64,000 nucleotides of DNA, taken from NCBI GenBank assembly GCA_964016885.1, contig OZ024761.1:25172001-25236000 (forward strand). The letters run 5' to 3'. Each line of letters begins with the position of its first letter. The stretch's first letter is position 1. Shown in pieces: positions 12,953-29,128 of the stretch. This DNA comes from Eledone cirrhosa (lineage: Eukaryota). The position numbers were made by a program, and so were the translations under genes. A model generated the notes under the pieces. That model worked only from the letters and a program-made list of their open reading frames with translations. It did not search any database and had not been told where the DNA came from.

Positions 12953-13639
12953 TTTATTTGCATGTTATTATATTTTTATATTACGTTTTAGTATTAATTA
13001 CTTTCATTTAAATATTCTCACTCTCCATCTCTCTCTCCCGATCTTTCCTTAACCCACTCTCTCTCTCTCCCTGCCCCTCTCGTTACTTTAACCGCATATA
13101 CACACGCACAAAGAAAAAAATACACCCAAACACACCTAAACCCACAGATACACATAGAAATACACACACACACATAGAAACAAACAGAGACTAACAGAAA
13201 CACACAAATACACACACATATACACATAATCACACAGAAGCACACAGCTCACATAGAAACAAACAGAGACTAACAGAAACTCACAAATACACACACATAT
13301 ACACAGAAACACACACAAGCACACAACTCACATAGAAACAAATAGCAACAAAGAGAACCACACGCAATGAAACCCACGCACAACTAAACAAACGCACACA
13401 AACATACATAGAAACACTGAACCATACTGTGTACGTATGTCTGAATATTCCTAAGCTATTACAACATCGACTGGACACCAACACCGTGTATATTTATATA
13501 ATTGCAAATGGCCGGATCTAATGAAGATTTATCCTGATCCTACTTAGATTGTGTAAGATACTCGTTACTGCAGTAAAGTCATCTAGATGGTCAATTTTAT
13601 TTCTCATTGTTTCCACTTAACTTCATCAATGAATATATT

Positions 13640-13702
13640 TGCCTTGCAGTATTGCGAAATAATCGCCAATACAGACACGCCCAAAGAGTAATATGCCATC
13701 AA

Positions 13703-13733
<31 letters not shown>

Positions 13734-14037
13734 GATATAGGAACGAATAGGGCCCCGACGGCTGAGCTCAAGCCGTTTCGACGGCTAATTCTGGACTCAA
13801 TCATTTAGTCCAGAATTAGCCATCGAAACGGCTTCAGCTCAGCCGTCGGGTCCTACTCGTTCTTATTACCCACTCTACTACCCTAAGTATTGAGTACTTT
13901 GGTGCGTTATGGTCCACCTGGTTCCTTACCACATTTCCTTCATTATCTATCTATCTATATATATATATATATATATAATGTCATTTTACTCTTTGGGCGT
14001 GTGTATATTGGCGATTATTTCGCAATACTGTAAGGCA
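13640..14037. mobile_element. Outer inverted-repeat element (~60-bp arms at 13640-13699 and 13978-14037)
   Basis: tgccttgcagtattgcgaaataatcgccaata... versus ...tattggcgattatttcgcaatactgtaaggca. Confidence 0.8.
13737..13945. mobile_element. Nested fold-back element (palindrome 13737-13866 plus tail) with a half-HHR motif GAAAC-GGCTTCAGCTCAGCC-GTC
   Basis: Related pieces near 9543, 14045, 15052-15190, 29130-29325, 54780-54862 and 63815. Confidence 0.8.
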
Positions 14038-14104
14038 GTATAGCCTTCGAAACGGCTTGAGCTCTGCCGGCGGGGTTAAACATTTTCCTATTATATATAT
14101 ACTG

Positions 14105-14141
<37 letters not shown>

Positions 14142-14153
14142 TTAATATAGAGA

Positions 14154-14204
14154 AGCTTCTACAGGACTAGAACTGTTTCATTCGGGAGAAATCATCAGGG
14201 AGCT
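14154..14204 (-). ncRNA. Type I hammerhead ribozyme motif (family E)
   Basis: agctcc-CTGATGA-tttc/tccc/gaat-GAAA-CAG(ttctagtc)CTG-TA-gaagct. Confidence 0.7.
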
Positions 14205-14482
14205 GACTGTCCAAGTAATATTGTGGTATTTATAACTCTTTTGGTGGTAGGAGAGTATGGTGATTGGGATGGGTAGAGCTCATTGGTTGATGGGTTTAAA
14301 GAAAAGGGAATCCTTTAAAAGCTATATTTAGAGTAATAAAGGCAGAAAGAATAAACTTATCTATATATATAAGCGTGAAACTAGAAACCATACCAGTTTT
14401 ACTGCCCCTCTATTTTTTGTTCTCTGTTCGTTTATTAAACTATATATATATATATTAAAACAACAGATATATATATATTTAT

Positions 14483-14834
14483 TAAAACAACAGATTAGAG
14501 TTTAAGCAAAGAATCGCTGTTTTCACCCTTAACGGGATCTTCTGAAATTTATTGGTGGATTGGCAGTATCGGTAGAGGGTCGGACGCCATGCTTTGATGC
14601 ATAGAGTTACGTACCTTGCCATTCTGAGTTCAAATCCCGCACAGGTTAACTTTGCCTTTCATCCTCATGGGGTCGATGAAATAAAGTACCAGTAATGCAC
14701 TGGGTAATTGCTGGCCTTGTGCCAAAAGTAGGATCAATTATTATTACTATATATATATATAGTAATAATAATCAGAAGATCCCGTTAAGGTTGAAAACAG
14801 CGATTCTTTGCTTAAACTTTAATCTGTTATTTTA
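14483..14834. mobile_element. Inverted-repeat element (~63-bp arms) with a SINE at its centre
   Basis: Arms 14483-14545 and 14772-14834; single-arm copy near 43060-43115. Confidence 0.85.
14552..14745 (+). mobile_element. tRNA-headed SINE
   Basis: A/B boxes, body and tail present. Confidence 0.9.
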
Positions 14835-14956
14835 TATATAGATAGATAGATATGTTTCTTTTATTTGCCACCATGGCATCAAAAGTGGGACAACAGGGGG
14901 AGTTTACAAAACAAGGCGTCCTCAATAAGGAGGAGGCAATAACAATATATAAAAAT

Positions 14957-15020
<64 letters not shown>

Positions 15021-15819
15021 GATGTGTGCGTGCAGGAAAACAGCCAGGACCCCTACGGCTGAGCTCCGGCCGTTTCGACAGCTAGATCCCAACTAAGCCA
15101 CCACTCCTTTCCTATTACCCACTCTACTACACTACGTATTGAGTACTCTGGTGCGTTATGGTCCACCTGCTATCTTACCACATCCTCTTTGTTCTTTGTT
15201 TTGCAGTTGTGTGTGTATGTATGTATGTGTATTTGTTTGTATGTCGGAGTTGTAAACCTTTTCATCAGAGATTGCCCTCCTACTCCTGTCTCTTTGCCAT
15301 GCTACTACTACTACTACTACTACTACCACTACTACTATTACTGGTACCTTCACCACCATTAATTACTACTACTACTAATATTGATGTAGGGACCAGAGTG
15401 CTCTATGCGAAGTACAGATCTGATATAATATAGTTAATGTGCTACATGTGGTCTCCGTGAGTTTGTGCATGTATGTGTGTGTCTGTGTATGTGTGTGTGT
15501 GCACTTGTGTCAGCATGAGTTTGTATGTATATGAGTCTGTATTTTTCGTCTGAAAGAAAAATAAAATTAATTTTTAATATAGATCAAGCTGAATAGAAAT
15601 AGCTCCTATATATTGACACTGAAATATATGTTGATTCTTTGTTTGACAATTGCTGTAATGTTCAGTGTATCTAATAATAAAATATCGACCAGAAATCACA
15701 AACCAATTTAGAATTTAACATATAATATAATTCGATTTATGTTACTATCAAATTTATTGGGTTCCTTATTGAATTTCCACTTGTCTTGATTGCTTTATTT
15801 TGATTGAATTATTATTATT

Positions 15820-16080
15820 TTTAGTAGTAGTAGTATAGTAGTAGTAGTAGTAGTAGTAGTATATAGAAGAAGAAATAGAAAAAGAAAAAAGAAGAAGAGA
15901 GGAGCAAGAAGAAGAAGAAGAAAAATAAGAAAAAGAAAAAAGAAGAAAAAGAAGAAAAAGAAGAAAAAGAAGAAAAAGAAGAAAAAGAAGAAAAAGAAGA
16001 AAAAGAAGAAACAGAAGAAGAAGAAAAATAAATGGAAAAGAAAATGAAAATGAAAAGGTAAAAAAAAAAGAAAGAAGAAA
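15820..16080. repeat. (TAG)n followed by a (GAAGAAAAA)n purine tract
   Basis: Directly visible. Confidence 0.9.
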
Positions 16081-16169
16081 TAGGACATTGCTAGTATGAT
16101 TTTCTAAGGGTTCAGTTAAGACTTTCGCAAAGGTCTGCTTTGCATTTCATCCTTACGATTTATTCCCGG

Positions 16170-16350
16170 TCACTCTCCGACAGGTTTGCGGTTGTACTCT
16201 TGGCAGTGGAGACTTCTGGTGTCCTCGGCCCGAGGCTACTTCCCTACTCACCACCATAGGCGCTGAGCTGACCACCCGCAGGTGTGAGCCTCGCGAGCTG
16301 GAATGCCCTTTCCAGCGCGTCTCCCTGTTGTCCGCCGGGGCTGTAGGGAG
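16170..16350 (+). pseudogene. CRE-clade-like retrotransposon fragment, frameshifted
   Basis: SDRFAVVLLAVETSGVLGP / ATSLLTTIGAELTTRRCEPRELE / FQRVSL. Confidence 0.7.
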
Positions 16351-16976
16351 GCCCCCAATGTGATTGACTAACTTGTCATTTTATCACTCAGATGTTCTAA
16401 TTATTCTATATATATATATATATATACGTTTATATAATCCACTGATATAGGATCATATAATAATGTAGTACCAGTAATGCCTTTGGGCCGGTTTAATGGA
16501 CTTTCGCATTCCCTTCAAATTGTTGGCCTTATGCGAAACGTAGTATGAAATATCATAGTCTATTGCTGTTGTTTTTATACAGTTCGAAACATATATCAAA
16601 TTACCTTCATTGTTTCACGGAGAAAAGATAGCGATAATGGTTCCTGATTTGGGGGAGGGTTGAGAATACGAAAACATGCACGCACACAAACGTCTCAATA
16701 TATAACACATGCACAACAATGTGTGAATATATATATAACACATACACACATATGTGTAAATATATGAGACAGAAATACACATGTACCAAGATATAACACA
16801 GGCACACACATAAGTAGACGTAGACACACACATACGCACAGTACGTGGAGGACTGACGTCAACAGACAGAAGACTTACGATTCATATCAGAGCATTGATC
16901 AACATATTGGAAGATATACACCCTTGTTATTATAAACATATATGCAAAAAACATACTCCCACACATATGCAAGAAT

Positions 16977-16988
16977 ATATATATATAC

Positions 16989-17031
<43 letters not shown>

Positions 17032-17050
17032 TATACATATATATATATAC

Positions 17051-17091
<41 letters not shown>

Positions 17092-17586
17092 TATACATAT
17101 ATATATATACATATATAAATATATATATATATACATACATATATAAACATATATATACATATGCATATATATACATACATATATATATATACATATATAT
17201 ACATATATATACATATATACATATACATATATATACATATACATACATATACATACATATACATATACATACATATACATACATATACATACATATACAT
17301 ATACATACATATACATATACATACATATACATACATATACATACATATACATACATATACATATACATACATATACATACATATACATACATATACATAT
17401 ATATACATATATACATATATATACATATATATACATATATACATATATATACATATATATACATATATATATACATATATATATATACACACATATATAT
17501 ACATATATATATATATACATATATACATATATATATATACATATAGATACATACATATATATATATATACATATATACATATACAC

Positions 17587-17617
<31 letters not shown>

Positions 17618-17886
17618 CATATATATATATACATATACATATATACATATATATATATACATATACATATATACATATACATATATACATATACATATAT
17701 ACATATACATATATACATATATATATATACATATATACATATATATACATACATATATATACATATATATATATACATATATATATATACATATATATAT
17801 ATACATATATATACATATATATATATACATATATATATATACATATATATATATATACATATATATATATACATATATATATATAC

Positions 17887-17917
<31 letters not shown>

Positions 17918-17918
17918 C

Positions 17919-17965
<47 letters not shown>

Positions 17966-18070
17966 CATATATATATATATACATATATATATATACATAT
18001 ATATACATATACATATATATACATATATATATATACATATATATACATATATATATATACATATATATAC

Positions 18071-18115
<45 letters not shown>

Positions 18116-18396
18116 TATATACATATATATATATACATATATATATATACATATATATATATACATATATACATATATATATATACATATATATATATAC
18201 ATATATATATATACATATATATATATACATATATATATATACATATATATATATACATATATATATATACATATATATATATACATATATATATATACAT
18301 ATATATACATACATATATATATATATACATATATATACATATATATATATATACATATATATATATACATATATATATATACATATATATATATAC

Positions 18397-18443
<47 letters not shown>

Positions 18444-18549
18444 TATATATATATATGTATGTATATATATATATATGTATGTATAAATATATATATGTAT
18501 ATATGTATGTATATATTTATATATATATATATGTATATATTTATATGTA

Positions 18550-18580
<31 letters not shown>

Positions 18581-18719
18581 ATATGTATATATGTATGTAT
18601 ATATGTATATATATATGTATATATGTATGTATATGTATATATATATGAATATATGTATGTATATATATATATGTATATATATATGTATATATATATGTGT
18701 ATATATATATATATGTGTA

Positions 18720-18764
<45 letters not shown>

Positions 18765-18898
18765 ATATATATATATATACACATATATATATACATATAT
18801 ATATACATATATATATATACATACATATATTCATATATATATACATATACATACATATATACATATATATATACATATATACATACATATATACATAT

Positions 18899-18933
<35 letters not shown>

Positions 18934-18960
18934 CATATAAATATATACATATATAAATAT
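16977..18960. repeat. (TA)/(TACA)n array containing an internal inversion at ~18430-18735
   Basis: Switch from TACA to TGTA and back. Confidence 0.95.
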
Positions 18961-19572
18961 ATGGCGGCTGCCAACTCGTTTTTCGAGTATGGCCACTACT
19001 TTATATCCATGTAGGAGAACTCCTACCGATGTGCTGAACGAGTGTGACTCTTTAGTCCAGCCAGCGACTTGAAAACTCTGGTACAAACACTACACTTGTG
19101 ACAATTATTGACACATAGTGCTGGGCCCATGGTACCATATGTCGACAAGTGCAGAGAGAGCTCCAGATATAAAGCAATGCCTGTGCCGTGAAGCTTTTAT
19201 AGTGAGCAAAGGCATTGCACAAAGCCAGTCCCACTCTCTTAACCAAGAGGATATTTACCAAAAAGAAGAACAAGTCAACATCATTGGATACCATCAGGGT
19301 TGCAGGTGTTATATCAGAGTTTTCCTTCTCCTAGAATTCTGCCTTGACAAAGGCTAAGGGGTCATCTCTCCCGGTGGTTTTGGATGGCCATTGACTCTTA
19401 AGAGCTCCTTTGCCCTTTGACAGGTTTTGTTTTTAGTCCCGCAGGATGTCCAAAGTCACCCTCCTCACCAAGAAACCTTGGTGGGGTTGCCAGTTTAGTC
19501 GCCAACGACCCGACCATGACACAGGTTGTACTGGGATACATGTTACCAGTAGCACCACCTGGTGACCTGACA
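18961..19572 (-). mobile_element. Non-autonomous RTE-like element, copy 2 (apparently full length, with target-site duplication)
   Basis: CATATATAAATATAT at 18948-18962 and 19571-19585. Confidence 0.8.
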
Positions 19573-19740
19573 TATATAAATATATACATACATATATACA
19601 TATATATATTTATACATACATATATATATATATACATACATATATATATATATACATACATATATACATATATATATTTATACATACATATATATATATA
19701 TACATACATATATATATATATACATACATATATATATATA

Positions 19741-19776
<36 letters not shown>

Positions 19777-20088
19777 TATCTATATATATATACATACATA
19801 TATGCATATCTATATATATACATATATACATACATATACATACATATATATATACATATATATACATATATTCATATATACATACATATATTCATATATA
19901 CATACATATATTCATACATATATTTATATATACATACATATATTCATATATTTATATACATATATTCATATATTTATATACATATATTCATATATATATA
20001 TATACATTATTCATATATATATAGATATATTCATATATATATACATATTTGCATACATACGACATATACATATATGCATATATACTAC

Positions 20089-20125
<37 letters not shown>

Positions 20126-20505
20126 CACATACATATATAGACACACAAATATATATATACATATACACACACACAAATATATATATACATATACACACAC
20201 ATAAATAAATAAATATATATATATATATACATGTATAATTATTGATATAGTCGCTTCATAAACATTTCATCTCTATTATATACGTCGCCCTAATATCAGT
20301 AATATGTAGATATATTCAGAGAAGAGAAGAAAAAGCGTAAAAATTGACCGATAAAAAAAATATTACACAACGGACTCAACATGGTAGAACTCCACCAGAG
20401 ACTTGCTTAGATTATAAGCTACCAGGTATCTTTTTTGTCTTTTCATTGTAAATATACATATAAATATATATATATATATATATATGTATGTATATATGTG
20501 TTGGA

Positions 20506-20545
<40 letters not shown>

Positions 20546-20564
20546 GTGTATATATATATATGTA

Positions 20565-20599
<35 letters not shown>

Positions 20600-20650
20600 G
20601 TGAGTGTATATATATATGTGAGTGTATATATATATATATATATATATATA

Positions 20651-20724
<74 letters not shown>

Positions 20725-20728
20725 TATA

Positions 20729-20782
<54 letters not shown>

Positions 20783-20823
20783 GTATATATATATATCTTA
20801 TATATATTATATATATATATATA

Positions 20824-20854
<31 letters not shown>

Positions 20855-21229
20855 CTGTATGTATATATATAAATATATATATATTATGTATATATATATA
20901 TATATATATATAAATATTCTCTTTTCATACGCATGTATTGCGCATGATAATCAATACCCCAGTCAGGCACCAAGAACAAATCAAAGTACTGAAACGTCAC
21001 AGTGTGGCCATTAAAAACACACGCACACACACAAACTAATGAGTACACACGCATACATATGTACATTCATTCATACATAGAACATATATACACACTTTTA
21101 CGCAGACAGACACATACAACACGAAGATGTTTTTAAAAAAAATTACTATAACTACCTATCTCTGTTTATTTAACTATCACCTCACTATATTTACATATAT
21201 GTATGAGAATAATAACATATTTTATAGTA

Positions 21230-24260
<3,031 letters not shown>

Positions 24261-24664
24261 ACACACGTGTGTGTGTGTGTCTGTTTCGGTGCGTGTGTGT
24301 GCGTGCTTGCGTGTGTGTTTCGTGTACGTGTGCTCGTGTGTGTGAGCATGTGTGTGTACGTGTACGTGTGTACGTGTGTGTGTGTGTGTGCGTGTGTGTG
24401 TGTGCGTGCGTGTGTGTATGTGTGTGTGTTTGTAGATATGCAAGACGCATGGAAAGTTTTTGTTTGTATTTATGTGCATTTATGTCGATTTCCTTCACAA
24501 CCTCAACCTATTAACCATAGCAATATGTCTGCTACTTACCCAATTAATTATTTAAATATGCGAGTTGCAACTGTTGTTGATACGATCTACCAAATAAATA
24601 GATGCGATATACTGTGAATAATTTATCTATAAGCAGGGAACAGAGCTTAACTATAGTAAAGTAA

Positions 24665-24810
24665 AGCGACGAATTAGCAGAGTTGTCAGAACGTCGAATA
24701 AATGCTTTATTGTTTTCGTTCCGGCTTTCTGTTCTCTGAGTTCAGATCCCACCGAGTCCAAATGTTTCCTTCCATCCTTTCGAAGTCGAAGTATTGGGGT
24801 CGATTATTCC
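24665..24810 (+). mobile_element. Diverged related SINE
   Basis: ctgagttcagatcccaccgag...ccttccatcctttcg. Confidence 0.6.
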
Positions 24811-24999
24811 TCTATATCCATTTCTCATTTCTTCTCTTTCACTTTATTTCTTGCTCTGGATGACATCTGCTGTACTCAGTCCTGTAGAAGGTTGGGCTCC
24901 CCTAGGCTTAAACATGCTCAAGAAAAGCCGTATGTTAATACGCAGCCTTTACGATTCTATCGGGCGTTACCTGAATGTACATACATGAGAATTTCAGCG

Positions 25000-25140
25000 T
25001 CTTCACAGACAATTGCCGTCTCTCATTGATTCTTCGTCATCATCCTTTCTGCATCCATAACTTCGTAGATGACTTTGTAGGCCAGCTGTAGATGTGCATT
25101 GTTTACAACACAGGTGACAGAAGGGAGTTGTGTGTGCTTT
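25000..25140 (-). pseudogene. 3' remnant of an RTE-like LINE (zinc-finger-like end)
   Basis: CHLCCKQCTSTAGLQSHLRS resembles the CxxC...GLxSHxR terminus. Confidence 0.55.
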
Positions 25141-25397
25141 CCACAGGACCGGTGGTGTCATCCTGTGTGGCACAATCTTTATGTACCACCGTGCGATACA
25201 TACATACATCATACAGCAATATGTATATTTTATATCGTGTTTTGGTTGAAGGTATCATTTTGCTAATTTTAATACTAAATTAATGCTTTCAACCTCACCT
25301 TCATCTTCTTAACTAACTTTTCAATAATTGTTACCCACATTACGTTAAGCTTTTTATTATATTAGGTTTCGAAGTTCCCTACATAACCACACACACT

Positions 25398-25440
<43 letters not shown>

Positions 25441-25555
25441 TTATATATATGTATTGAAGTTTCCGTTGAAAATTGAAATAGTCATAGGAGTGAAGAGTGC
25501 TCTATGTAAGTACCAGAGCTAAGTTTAATGTATAATAAACAATACAATATAATTA

Positions 25556-25623
25556 CCTCATTACCAGAGGTTTCCCGAATAAGACGAATACGAAAAACGT
25601 CCTCATTCGTTCATCGGACAAGG
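25556..25623 (-). ncRNA. Hammerhead motif with CCGATGA core (family F)
   Basis: ccttgt-CCGATGA-acgaatgaggacg...cgtcttattcgg-GAAA-CCTCTGG-TA-atgagg. Confidence 0.65.
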
Positions 25624-25685
25624 CAATTTAAAACATAGGGAAATATTTGAGGAGTTTTTCAAATATTTCACTATGTTTTAAGTTG

Positions 25686-25753
25686 CCTTGTCCGATGAAC
25701 AAATGAGGACGTTTTTCGTATTCGTCTTATTCGGGAAACCTCTGGTAATGAGG
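25686..25753 (+). ncRNA. Hammerhead motif with CCGATGA core (family F, opposite arm)
   Basis: Mirror copy of 25556-25623. Confidence 0.65.
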
Positions 25754-25779
25754 TAATTATATTGTATTGTTTATTATAC

Positions 25780-25817
<38 letters not shown>

Positions 25818-26249
25818 AAGTATTTCCGTTGAAAAGGTAAAGGAAACAAGCGTGCTCTATATATAGTACAGAGCTTTTTGATTATGTAAAAATCTACACA
25901 ATTACCCACGTTTTCACGAAGTTAGACCATTCTAACCTGTAATGGATTAATTATATTGCGGTACATAAATAAAATATGTGTTCGTGTGTGTGTGTATTTG
26001 ACAGCTGAAAGTACTCAATACCGATATGAAGTTTTTATATTAATTTATATCAAGGCTGGAAAGCGAGTCTTATTACTCAGAAGTTTCGACGTTGTTTCAA
26101 AGGGACGCCGGAACATTTCTTGTCCCATGACTGCGTTAAACAGGCGAAACACCTCAATAAAAAGGTTCACTTTTTAGCTTTGATATGAACGATTATATAT
26201 ATATATAGAGAGAGAATTGGGACTTGCTTCAGGCATAGCTGTATACAGA

Positions 26250-26542
26250 TATGTATAGAAATTACGTATTTTAAAAGAAATACGGTATGTTTATAGGTAA
26301 ACATTTCGAAATCGGGAGCAAAGTAGAATACACCGGGGCTGGCGCCCTCAGGTTGTGTTTAGCAGAAGGGGGACAATCGTCGATGCATTTCGGACTTACC
26401 TGGTCCTCATCGGGACGATCCCTCTCACATCTGACCCCCTAGAGGGCGTTAGCGCAGGTGTTTATTTGCATAGTTACTGCTCTCTAAATGTTTACCTGTA
26501 AACATAAAGTGTTTCTTTAGAAATACAACATTCCTATACATA
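26250..26542. mobile_element. Element with diverged ~55-bp terminal inverted repeats and an internal HHR (family G)
   Basis: tatgtatagaaat...ataggtaaacattt versus aaatgtttacctgt...ttcctatacata. Confidence 0.65.
26376..26419 (-). ncRNA. Compact 44-nt type I hammerhead motif (CCGATGA core)
   Basis: atcgtc-CCGATGA-ggac/caggtaa/gtcc-GAAA-TGCA-TC-gacgat; stems I and II perfect. Confidence 0.8.
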
Positions 26543-26557
26543 CAATATATATATATA

Positions 26558-26576
26558 TATTGTATGTATTGAAATG

Positions 26577-26626
<50 letters not shown>

Positions 26627-26639
26627 ATGTATAGAAATG

Positions 26640-26691
<52 letters not shown>

Positions 26692-26704
26692 ATGTATAGA
26701 AATG

Positions 26705-26737
<33 letters not shown>

Positions 26738-26756
26738 TGTATGTATAGAAATGTAG

Positions 26757-26801
<45 letters not shown>

Positions 26802-26817
26802 ATGTATAGAAATGTAG

Positions 26818-26862
<45 letters not shown>

Positions 26863-26878
26863 ATGTATAGAAATGTAG

Positions 26879-26915
<37 letters not shown>
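26558..26915. repeat. Minisatellite: ttgtatgtatagaaatgta.ttattt plus (TA)n, ~6 copies
   Basis: Directly visible. Confidence 0.9.
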
Positions 26916-26920
<5 letters not shown>

Positions 26921-27062
26921 ATGATAATAAATGTGAACTGACATGCATATTTCTCATTTACCTTTGCTACTCTACTTAGTTCTCTCTTATTTCACCTTCT
27001 CACCGCCTCTATCGTCTGTGAAGCCAGTGGCAATATACACACACATACATATACACACGCAT

Positions 27063-27094
<32 letters not shown>

Positions 27095-27238
27095 TATATA
27101 ATCGAAGATTATCTGATCGAAAAAGATGGAATGTTTCGGATTAATTTCCTGTTTTTGAAATTATGATTCGGTAGACGCCGTCGGAATCGATAATTATGTA
27201 TATATATATACACACACACACACGCATATATACACACA

Positions 27239-27298
<60 letters not shown>

Positions 27299-27315
27299 TA
27301 TATTTATATGTGTAT

Positions 27316-27386
<71 letters not shown>

Positions 27387-27664
27387 GACACACACACACA
27401 CACACATATAGACACACACACAGACACACACACATATATACACACACAAATATATATATATATTTATATACATGTATAAAAGAATGAAAATATGCTGAAT
27501 CATCAAATGAGCAATGTTACGCCACCAATTCTGAAGCTCAACTCGGTCGTTCAACGCATCTATTCACTGGAACGAATCTATTCAACGATAACGGATCCGG
27601 TACTATATAAATAAATGAACCTCAAGTTAGACAATCTCTGAAAATGCTTCGTCTACGAATATAG

Positions 27665-28212
27665 TAATAATTGTTTCTAGTTTTGGCACAAAGCCAGCAA
27701 TTAACTCCAGTACATTACTGGTACTTTATTATATCGACCCAATGTGGATGAAAGCTAAAGTTAATTAATAATTGTTACCATTTTTGGCACACGGCCAGCA
27801 ATTAAACCAGTAGATTACTGGTACTTTATTATATCGACCCTATGTGGATGAAAGATAAAGTTAATTAATAATTGTTACTACTTTTGGCACAATGCCAACA
27901 ATTAACACCAGTACATTACTGGTACTTTATTATATCGACCCTATGTGGATGAAAGATAAAGTTAATTAATAATTGTGTCTAGTTTTGGCACAAGGCCAGC
28001 AATTAACACCAGTAGATTACTGCTACTTTATTATATCGACCCTATGTAGTTGAAAGATAAAGTTAATTAATAATAGTTGCATTACTGGTACTTTATTTTA
28101 TGGAACCCATAAGGACGAGAGGCAAAGTTTAACATCTGCGGAATTTGAACTCAGACCGTGAATGGACGTAACTCTATGCTGGAAAGCATGGCGTCCGACC
28201 CTTTACCGATAC
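27665..28212 (-). mobile_element. SINE with four tandem ~100-bp copies of its 3' half
   Basis: Units begin near 27671, 27772, 27872 and 27973; head at ~28080-28212. Confidence 0.9.
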
Positions 28213-28369
28213 AGGTTTTTCTGTTATTATAGTGTAGTATATTGACAATTCTTTTATGTTATACGTGAGATAGGAACTGTAGTATTAAGTCTACCGTATA
28301 GTTCACACATGAAGGTAATACAAAGGCATGTTTAGGTTTACGGACACCAACGGACTGTCAGGCACACTT

Positions 28370-28581
28370 TATATATATATATATACATATATAGACATGT
28401 ACACACACACATATATATATATATATACATATATAGACATGTACACACATATATATATATACACATATATATATATACACACACATATATAGACATGTAC
28501 ACATATATATATATAGAGACACACACATATATATATATATTCATGTATAGACATGTACACATACACAGACATGTACACATG

Positions 28582-28628
<47 letters not shown>

Positions 28629-29128
28629 TCATATATAGACATGTACACATACACACACATGTACACATATATATATATACATATATATTCATATATAGAC
28701 ATGTACACATACACACACATGTACACATATATATATATACATATATATTCATATATAGACATGTACACATATACACACATGTACACATATATATATATAT
28801 ACATATATATTCATATATAGACATGTACACATACACACACATGTACACATATATATATATACATATATATTCATATATAGACATGTACACATATACACAC
28901 ATGTACACATATATATATATATACATATATATTCATATATAGACATGTACACATACACACACATGTACACATATATATATATATATACATATATATTCAT
29001 ATATAGACATGTACACATACACACACATGTACACATGTATATACACACATATATATATATATATATATATTCATATATAGACATGTACACATACACACAC
29101 ATATATATACACACACACATATATATAT
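28370..29128. repeat. Minisatellite (tcatatatagacatgtacacatacacacacatgtacac, ~60 bp)
   Basis: Directly visible. Confidence 0.9.

Larger units (their letters stand above)
25526..25783. mobile_element. Near-perfect fold-back element, ~125-bp arms (family F)
   Basis: Arms are reverse complements with few mismatches; right end in (TA)n. Confidence 0.92.

Noticed and set aside
19450-19567. Twister ribozyme in the RTE-like 5' end (GGAGGG present)
   Set aside because: The conserved P4 loop motif and UAA-P2 arrangement are absent.
27665-28080. CRISPR-like regular repeats
   Set aside because: No unique spacers; the units are SINE 3' halves in a eukaryotic context with no cas genes.
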